Below are positions 55,602 through 64,000 of a DNA stretch of 64,000 bases, piece by piece. A program made the position numbers and the translations under genes. This stretch comes from Lama guanicoe. Taxonomy: Eukaryota. The DNA lies in NCBI GenBank assembly GCA_013239625.1, contig MU053934.1:1915031-1979030 (forward strand), written 5' to 3'. A model generated the notes under the pieces. It saw nothing but the letters and a program-made list of their open reading frames with translations. It did no database searches and was not told the DNA's origin. The first letter of the stretch is position 1; every line of letters begins with the position of its first letter.

Positions 55602-55621
55602 CAATGCAATGAGGAACATGG
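55602..55621 (-). CDS. Candidate 20-nt microexon carrying an ATG (MFLIAL)
   Basis: cattaattttcatattctctgtag|CC ATG TTC CTC ATT GCA TTG|gtaagt; ATG to donor is 18 nt, phase 0. Confidence 0.35.
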
Positions 55622-58146
55622 CTACAGAGAATATGAAAATTAATGAAAACAACTAACTGGGGCTCTCCATGTACTCTGGATTGCCTTGATTATCTTTTAA
55701 ATAAATCTTGTCCACATTAGAGTCAGGACCATTTCCCCTCTCCCCTTGATTTTCTTGCTTCTATTTGGTTTCACAGTTTTGAAACGGCATTTTAAAGGTT
55801 TGTTCCTCTTGCTCTTACTTCTTCATGCCAGTTGGCTTCCACTCAGCAGTGTCCTGGGGGAGTTGGTATGTTGTTCCCTCCCTTGAAAGCTATTCTAAAA
55901 GGTCACTATTTTCATTTGTGTTAATTGCCTGGGGAGAGAAGATGAAAGGAAACTGAACTTTGGCACTGCATAAACGTGTTTCAAAGACCCATGCTCTGAA
56001 ATGTACCTGGGTTTCCCTAAGTAATGTGTGTTGCATGGTTGGTGGAAAGGGGAACAAAAGAAACACGAAGGTAAGAGAAAGGAAGAAAAAAATGTAGGAA
56101 GTTGTGAAGGCCCAGTGCAGAAGGAAAGGACTTCTGAACAATAGGTAAGAGGGCTTCAGATTGAGTGCAGTATCAGTAAGCAACAATGGAAATACAGAAA
56201 AAGAGTCAAGTCCCGGGGGCAATGAATCATCAAATTGAAATAAAGCCTGGTCACGGTGAAAATGGGGAAAGACTGGTATTCTACAGAAAGAGATCAAGAT
56301 CCAAATGACCGAGTCTTAAGGCTATATCAAACCAGCCTAATCTGAGCTGTTCTTATTCAAGGGGTTCACTGTGAGAGGACAGGCCAAACTTCACTTTTCC
56401 TAGTCATACAGAAAGGACTACCATCAAACTCAAAGCAAGAAAAAGGCAATCAGGATCCAGAAAATTTTAAAAAGGCACTGATTGAGGGTGTCGTTTGTTA
56501 AATGAATTGGAGTTCAGTGTCAGACTCAGGCCCCAAGAAAAGCTAGAGCATTACTATGTACCAGAACAAAAAGATCAGGCGAGGAGACAAGCCACTCTAA
56601 TAAGGGTAATGTTTAACCCCTGGCACACAAGTAATGAGGCAGCAGATTATTTAAAGACTGTGCTGAGTAGTGGGAAAGTAGCTCCTTAGTATAAGGCCAG
56701 ACTAAACTCTAAACTCAGAGTAGAGACTTGAACTTGCAAGCTTTCTGTAGCCATAGCCAGGCAAGGCAAGGACAGGGGGAGACAGACAATTCTAAGTAAG
56801 ATGGTACGCCAGAGATCAAGTCAGTTCAGCATCTACCACTGAGTACCTGATATATGTTCAACACTGAGCTACGTGCTGGAGAACACAGAATTCACCCCTG
56901 ACTTTAATAAAAGAGTTCACAGGAGGAAGCAGAGTGACCTGTCCATGACCATTTACCATAGGGCTGCTGTTAAGATTCAATGTGTTCATGACCATGAAAC
57001 ATTTAGTAGAAAACCTAGCAAGTAAGTTGGCATTCAAAAATGAGTAGCTGCCAATCAGTATCATTATAATCATTACGATCATTACCACAATAACTATCAC
57101 CATGTTGTAGAGTTAAGATATTTTAATTCTAGGAGAAACAGCTTTAAATGTGTAGAATTTGTTTCTAAATCATTTGCTTCTTAAGACTCTGCCATCAGAG
57201 TAAGGATTTATATTAAAACTGAGGTAAGACCTCTCCCCCATCATGATCTAGTTCCTATACTAGTCCAAGTGACGCTGTTTTCGGCAAACTTTCTCAGTCA
57301 TGAAACTGTCATCACCATCACAGTCTTGCACCCATGTTACCCACAGTTTTTTATACCCTGTGAAGCCGACTTCATAGTTTATACTGTTGATATTCACAAA
57401 AGGAGAAAAGCCATTCAGACTGCAGAACAACTACTTCCTTTTGTCACAGAGGAAAAGGGAGAAATTAGGAGGGATAGCACAAGGTCTTTCCTTCCCTCAA
57501 GAGTGAAAATTCTATTACTGTCATCATCAATTTATACTCACTGATCTCCCACTACGCCTCAGTACAAGCAGACGTGGAAAATAATATCCTTAGCCTCCCC
57601 CTGGCTAAATTCTAAGAAAAATGTTGTGAGGAACTATAGGAAAACAACCCAAATATGTTCTGAAGTGATTAAAAAGCAATTTAATTTAGAATAATCTAGT
57701 TTAAAGGTTTGCTGTATATTTAACAGAAAGAAATATAAAATATTCCATCTATTTGCTAAACTTTTAAGGAGCTAATAAATATAGTAAACTTATATTCAGG
57801 GAATGGTGGACGGAGACAGAGGGCAGAACATGAGACAAAAAATACAAAGAAACAAAACGAGAGAAAAAGAAGGGTAAAAACAAAGAGGAAACCTGACACA
57901 AAATCCTAAATATACCAGGGAAAGCGGAAAATAGGAGGGAAATGAAAATGGAACTAATATGGATGGAGTTAGAATGAATCGTGGCTACTGACAGGTTTAA
58001 CACTTTTGTTTTACTGATAAAGAAACTGGTCTAGCGAGGTTGAGGAATTTCTTTGAGTTTACAAAGCTAGACAGTGGCAAGGCTGGAAAGGTGGTTAGTG
58101 CTCAGTAAATACTCACATTTTGAGATGAATTAAAAAGACAAGTGTT

Positions 58147-58518
58147 GTGGTATGAATGTCTGTGGGTCCCCCCTGCAAAATTCACGTGGTGAAGTCCCCC
58201 AGTGTGGCTGTAGTGGAAGACAGCGCCTGAGGTCCCTGATCTGATCTAAGAAGAGATAGCAGACAGCCCGCCCGCACATACCCCAAGTGCTCTTGCTCTT
58301 GCTTTCCCACCAATCATGCACAGAGAAGAGGTCAGGTGAGCACACAGGAAGACAGCAGCAGCCTACAAGCCAAGAGAAGAGGCCTCAGCACAAAACCTGC
58401 CTTGCAGGCACCTTGACCTTGACCTTCCCAGCCCCTGGAACTGTGAGAGAGAAACTTCTGTTGTTGAAGCCACCTGTCTTTGGTCATTTGTTACAGCAGC
58501 CCCAGCTCACTAAGACCA
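58147..58518 (+). mobile_element. MaLR solo LTR (MLT1A-like)
   Basis: tgtggtatgaatgtctgtg...ggcaccttgacc...gaactgtgagag...ttgttacagcagccc. Confidence 0.85.
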
Positions 58519-58852
58519 CAAGTACTGAAGTTCTTTGGCGAGGTATTCAAAAGGAAAGTTTTAACTTATGTATCAAACATAAGATATAAACACATCTTAC
58601 TCCCTTTTCTTTCTTTTTACTTTCTGTTAAAGAGTGAGAATGGGGCCACTGGCTAACTTTAGTTTTAAGCAAAAATCCAGGTAATGCTTCGAAACACGAA
58701 CTGCAAGATACCCACACATAGTAGAAACTCAATAAATTCCAGTCAAATAATCAGTGGTCAAAACTTGATTTTGTACTTAGGAAAATAACATATCCTTTAC
58801 CTCGTCCCCAAACTATGCACCACCAATTGCAACCAACAAATGTTCAAAGGTT

Positions 58853-58891
58853 TGTGTGTGTTTGTGTCTGTGTGTGTGTGTGTGTGTGTGT
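58853..58891 (+). repeat. (TG)n microsatellite (others at 9422-9443 and 63344-63382)
   Basis: Directly visible. Confidence 0.95.
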
Positions 58892-60944
58892 ATCTGTGTT
58901 TTGCAGTCCACACCCTAAAGAAGTAGACCGCCATTTTAAGAATCTGGCCAAGTCCCAAACACCCCTTTTCAACTCGCCTGCTCTCCTAGCACCTTCTTAT
59001 CCTCTGGGAGTTTATGCTATGACATTGAAATTTTTACATTTTAATGGTAAAACAAAATAGAATTTTTCATTATCAAATTTTAAGAAATCTGCCTAATATA
59101 TTTTTCTTTGGCGCAATAGTAAAAGTAAAAGTAAAGAGCTTTACTGCCCAACTTCGACATAAATTTTAAAAATTTATTTCTTTAAATTATTTAAATTTAG
59201 TTTTAAATTAGTTTACTTCTTGGCAAAAAGAGGTAAATCTTAAGGGTTCAAAGGAAGATAAAAGTTACTGTAAAAAAATGCAAACCACCAATATACAAAA
59301 ATAGAAATCTAGTAGTTTTAATTAGGCCTTATAGCACTATCCTTTCCCAAAACAGTCACTGCCAATTAGCATGGATGAATGAATGGGGCTAAATATATAA
59401 TAGAAAAAAGAATAAGAAGAACCCAGAGTTTACAAATATAGAGGGAGGATACTTTCAATTAGCATTTCAATTGTCTTGAATCTGTTTATGAAACGTGCCC
59501 AGGAAAAGATTATACCTTAGATAACAGGACCCTTAGATAATACCACAGCATATCTTACAGATGAAAGCCCCTCAGAGCCTCAAAATAAAACCCCTTTAAA
59601 TGGATGCTTAAATGGGACCATCTTGTCTGGAAAGAATAGTATATAGCCAATAGACAATCTGTCTAAAATTTATAAAATGGGTTATATTCTAAAAATTCAT
59701 TTCTTTTTCAGCATTATCTGGAATTCTGATCATATTTCCCTGTTAAAAGAAATACAAACACAAGTACATATTTACAAATGATGGCCGGGTTTCCAGACCA
59801 GATCACATCACAAGAGCTCAGTAATGTAATCGGGGAGTGGGGAGAACACCAGTCCATGGAGCCAATAATGTACCTGAACTACCATACATCTGAAATAAAA
59901 ATAAACAGAGAGTAAGACAGTTAAAATCGTAGCGAATTACAAATAATGCCAAAGTAATTAAAGAAAAATTCTTTTTTTCAAATTTTCATGCATATTGGTT
60001 AGTAAAAGACAAATTTAATCCACTAAGAAAGTGGAGACTTCTGTGGAGATTTAGAAGAAAAAGTTGGAGTACTTTCAAGGGTTTTAGTGACAGGTACAAT
60101 TATATTGAGGGGGGGTATACAACTTCTAAAAATGTAATTTCATTTCAACATCAACAACATTTCTATTTTCCCTGATACAAATGTAATTCTAGTCAATCAT
60201 CAGGAAGGTAATATTTTTAATTTCATAAATGGAAGAAAGAGATGGAGTCAAGAAAAAGGAAACATAGCAAGATTTAAACAGAATGGGGAAGGGAAAGTAA
60301 GTCTGAAAGAAGAGGGAGTAAGGGAGGGGAAGGGAAGGGAAGGAAGAATGTGAACATCTAAGAGGTCTGGAAGTGGAAGTTAACTAAGGTTTACACAATT
60401 AAAGAGAAAGGTGGAAGTAAAAAGAAGAAGGACCCAACATACCCGTATTATTTTTGGAGGGAGAAGAAACTAGGTAGTAAGGAGACCCTGAATCAGAGAG
60501 TTCTCAGTACTGCCACTCGTGAGTGTAGCTGACTCATAACAGTTAGGATGGGTCTAGCAATGTAACAATCATAGTTGAACATGTACTATGTACTAGGAAC
60601 TGTTCTGAGAGCTTTTCCAGGCTCAAAACAACCTTCTGAGATAGATACTATTTTTGTTCTAATTTTAGAGATGAGAAAGAACAGTAATACGCCCAACGTC
60701 ATTAAGACAGAATGCTACAGAACCAGGTTTGAAATCTAGTCAATTTGGTTCCAAAGCCTGCACCATGAAGCATTACTGCGTCTACAGTACAGCCATCAGA
60801 CACACAGAGACAAGCGGTCTTAGTAAATGAGAGGAAATGATGATGACAAATACAAAGAGTTTTGCACTGTGAATCCCTATAGTTACTAAGTATACCCTTG
60901 TTAATCAAAAAGTAACAAGTAGAAAACCTCTGGAATTTAGCACC

Positions 60945-61904
60945 CATTTGACAAATATTTATTGAGCATCATTCATTATTCTAGACAGTGGGGATACAGC
61001 AATAAACAAACCAGACAAAAGTCTCTACAGGAGAGGAAAGTAGTAAAAAAGATATTTTCGTAAGACTAGAAGATTGTAAGGGCTATGGAGAATTTAAAAC
61101 AGAGTGACTAAGAAAGAGCTAAATGAAAAGGTAACGTTAGTGAAAATGTGAAGGAGATGAAAAAGTACAGCATGAGGGACTCTGGAGAAGAAAGAGCATT
61201 ACAAGCAGAGAAAATGAGTACTACAAAGTGCCTGGCAAGTTTGAGGAACAGCAAAAAGGTCAGTGTGGCTGGAGGAGAGTGAGAAATGGGAAGAACAGGA
61301 GGAAACAGACGTCAAAGAGGTACCAAGGGGTCAGCTCAACCAGAGCTTTGGAGGGCCTCGGGCTTTTCCTCTAAGTGAAACACATTAGTGTATTTCTGAG
61401 CATGATCAGATTTACATTTTTCAAGTGTTTAAGTTAGATGCTGTGTTCAGAATAAATTATTTTCGGAGTCAATGGTGGAAGCAGGGAGACCAGGCGGGAG
61501 ACTTCCACAATAACACAGGTGAGAGAGGATGTGGTACTGAGCCAGGAGAGCAGTAGTGGGCTAGTGAAAAGGGATCGGATTTAGGTGATTTTTGAAAGGC
61601 AGAGCCTAAAGGATTTGCTGATTAATAAGACAGGCATGAGGGAGAAAGAAGAGTCCAGGAAGACTCCCAAGTTTCTTCTGGCCCAAGCAACAGAAAGACG
61701 TCATCTGAAAAGAGGAAAACTGTAGGTGTTACCACAGGCTTGAGACTGGGAGAAGGCAAGTGAAGACTAGAGTTCAGCTTGGACAAGTTAAGTCTGAGGT
61801 ATCTGTTAGGTATGGAAAGTCAAGTAGGCAGTTGGGTATAAACTTCCTGAGAGAGGTCTGGCTTAAAAGGATACACTTAAGAATCATCAGCATACAGATG
61901 GTAT
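60945..61904 (-). mobile_element. L2 LINE fragment (MIR just upstream at about 60570-60790)
   Basis: catttgacaaatatttattgagc...ggaagcagggagacc...catacagatggtatttaa. Confidence 0.85.
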
Positions 61905-62341
61905 TTAACCCTCGGTATACCATTAGAGTCCAATGGGCCCAACTTTTCTTTTTTAAACTGTTCTATACTAATTATGTTTTACAACTTATTCTTTCTTAGA
62001 GGTATTCCCCCCACTCCTCCCCTGAAAAAACAAAGAAAATGTTATGTTAAAAATAACAAACACATTCTATCTTGCATATGAGTTCCCCAAATTCTTTTTA
62101 TAAATCAAAGGTTTGTTATGAGATTTTAAGGATCTTATTTTTCTTATATCTTGAAACATTCTAAGTTTTTTACCAACCTTTACTCATTAATTATCCTTAA
62201 CCACGTTAAAAAAATGACTAATAAAATAACAGACCAATGGCATACTCTCTCAAAGAATGTGGCAAGAGTGAAATAAATCATCACTAATACATCATCCTTC
62301 AGTTTTCTTATTGCATTGTACAGTTTTCTTACTGCATTGCA

Positions 62342-62425
62342 GTGGGTATAGCTCAGCAGTAGAGCACATGCTTAACATATACACGGTCCTGGGTTCAATC
62401 CCAGTACGCAGTTAAAAAAAAAAAA
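62342..62425 (+). mobile_element. Camelid tRNA-derived SINE (short form)
   Basis: gggtatagctcagcagtagag...gggttcaatccc, poly-A, attgca on both flanks. Confidence 0.85.
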
Positions 62426-62462
62426 GATTGCAAACATTGTTTTTACTGTTTGCTCAGTTTTC

Positions 62463-62663
62463 TTTTCTTCCCCCTGCCCCCCCTTTTTTTTGGCTTTTTA
62501 TATTTGTTTGTTTGGGGGGAGGGGTAATTAGACTTATTTATTTTTTACTTTTTATTTTTTAAAATTTAATTGTATTTCTTTTTAATGGAGGTACTGGGGA
62601 TTGAACCCAGGACCTCTTGGATGCTAAGCAGGCACTCTACCACTGAGCTCTACCCTCCCTTCA
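62463..62663 (-). mobile_element. Camelid tRNA-derived SINE (Vic-1-like)
   Basis: Reverse A/B boxes; 15-bp TSD GTTTGCTCAGTTTTC at 62448-62462 and 62664-62678. Confidence 0.9.
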
Positions 62664-62961
62664 GTTTGCTCAGTTTTCATCAAATACAGTTAAGAATTAG
62701 TTTTTCACTTCCTACCCATAATGACAAAGAAAAGAAAAACTAACAGAGGAAATGTTTCACAATTATTAGATGAATTAGAAGATGAATGTAAACATGGGCA
62801 GAAGTACTCTAAACTCTAATGATGATGGTGAAGTTTGCATATAAGTGAAATCTTGAGACTATGATTCTTTAGATGATTCTATTCTAACCTAGAATAGAAT
62901 CATGACCAAAGTCAAGAATCAATAAGTGAATAATGTATTTCTAAGGACAAAAAGGAACTAT

Positions 62962-63143
62962 AAAACAAGATCCTACCATAATACAAGGAACTGTATTTAA
63001 TACCTTGTAATAGCCTATAATGAAGAAAGAATATGAAAAGGAATACACACACACACATACACACATATATATAACTGAATCACTATGCTATATACCAGAA
63101 ATTAACACAACATTGTAAATTGACTATACTTCAATTAAAAAAA
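62962..63143 (+). mobile_element. 5'-truncated L1 3' end
   Basis: TSD AAAAAGGAACTAT at 62949-62961 and 63144-63156; poly-A tail. Confidence 0.9.
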
Positions 63144-63340
63144 AAAAAGGAACTATGGTTTCTCATCCAGTTCAACTCAAAGAATGTTTACATGCAGTAT
63201 TTTCCAACAAGAACTGGGATTATCCTGTTTCACTGAAAGGACATATAATAGTATCCCTTCTTCTCTTATAACATGACAAAATTTACTTGGTACAATTCAT
63301 AAGTGGCCAAACGTGGAGGTAGATTATATAAATATATAAA

Positions 63341-63387
<47 letters not shown>

Positions 63388-63654
63388 CATATATATATAA
63401 AATATGTATATATAAAGGTTACTGGAAGGAAACATATAGGAATAAAAAATATTCTTTGGACTGATCATTCTAAATACTGTTTATAGATAAAAATTATTTG
63501 TAATTATGGAGTAAAGATCATCTTTTCAACACAATTATGCACTGCTAAAGGTTTTTGTGTTTGAACTATGTACATGCGAGAAGAACCAGAAGTAATAATA
63601 AGCTAGAACCTATTAGAGATATATTTGGAATGTGGAATCAGAATTTACAAGATG

Positions 63655-63805
63655 AGGATGGGAGGGTATAGCTCAAGTGGTAGAGCACATACTTAGCATG
63701 TATGAGGCCCTGGATTCAATCCCTGGTAACTCCTCTAAAAATAAATTAAAAAATCAAACCTAATTACCTCTCCCCACCTCAAAAAAAAAAAAAAACCTAA
63801 AAAAA
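63655..63805 (+). mobile_element. Camelid tRNA-derived SINE (Vic-1-like)
   Basis: A/B boxes, poly-A; 15-bp TSD AGAATTTACAAGATG at 63640-63654 and 63806-63820. Confidence 0.92.
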
Positions 63806-64000
63806 AGAATTTACAAGATGGATATATTCCAGGTTAGCGAATGACAACTGTTCATAAGCAATTAAGTTACATTTCAAAGGAAGTTGCCTTTTGAGCTATA
63901 TGCTTTCAAAACTAGGAAAATGGGGAATAAAAATTGGGACAGTATGTGTCAGTGAAACATCATATATTTGGAAGACTCAGATCTACACAGGTGGAGACCT

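Larger units (their letters stand above)
1..64000 (-). other. RBFOX2: 5' intronic / alternative-promoter region of RBFOX2
   Basis: Contains the MEKKKMVTQ first exon on the minus strand. No long coding exon is present, the shared GNQEPTTTP exon is not found (expected below coordinate 1) and there is no CpG island for the distal first exon (expected above 64000). Confidence 0.88.
61909..64000 (+). mobile_element. Decayed piggyBac DNA transposon (Looper-like), runs off the window end
   Basis: Starts TTAA|CCCT. Disrupted transposase pieces KLEPIRDIFGMWNQNLQDGYIPG, FKGSCLLSYMLSKLGKWGIKI and VCVSETSYIWKTQIYTG resemble the piggyBac DDD-core motifs (FKGRCPF..Y.PSKPGKYGIKIW..CD..TSY.W..QIYTG). Confidence 0.85.

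Noticed and set aside
1..64000. Prokaryotic systems (CRISPR arrays, operons, defence islands)
   Set aside because: The sequence is mammalian intronic DNA; no spaced direct-repeat array or gene-dense region is present.

Overview
AT-rich mammalian genomic DNA, most likely camelid (four Vic-type tRNA-derived SINEs and camelid/artiodactyl-type L1 3' ends). The window lies in the 5' intronic region of the splicing-factor gene RBFOX2 (RBM9/Fox-2), transcribed on the minus strand. The anchor is a 27-nt coding exon end, ATG GAG AAA AAG AAA ATG GTA ACT CAG|gtaaga (MEKKKMVTQ, 25643-25669), the known N-terminus of the proximal-promoter RBFOX2 isoforms. The shared exon (GNQEPTTTPDAMVQ...) and the distal CpG-island first exon are not in the window. 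Around the anchor, on the same strand, is an array of further ATG-to-donor segments that all end in phase 0 and could splice in frame onto the shared exon: MFLIAL, MVYYHSPWWF, MYGVYCMDYQYPVVQ, MEYSHFNFSKYDSNPWFVSWAS, MK, M/MVSDIGNDKL and MSVFKP. There is also a 12-nt VPYK microexon candidate with an upstream RBFOX motif (TGCATG) and two stop-containing cassette-exon candidates. The rest is interspersed repeats (L1, L2, MIR, MLT LTRs, MER58, a Tigger MITE) and a decayed piggyBac (Looper-like) transposon with nested insertions at the right end. The long ORFs in the ORF track are essentially all spurious. All calls were made by eye with no alignments or database searches; repeat boundaries are approximate.
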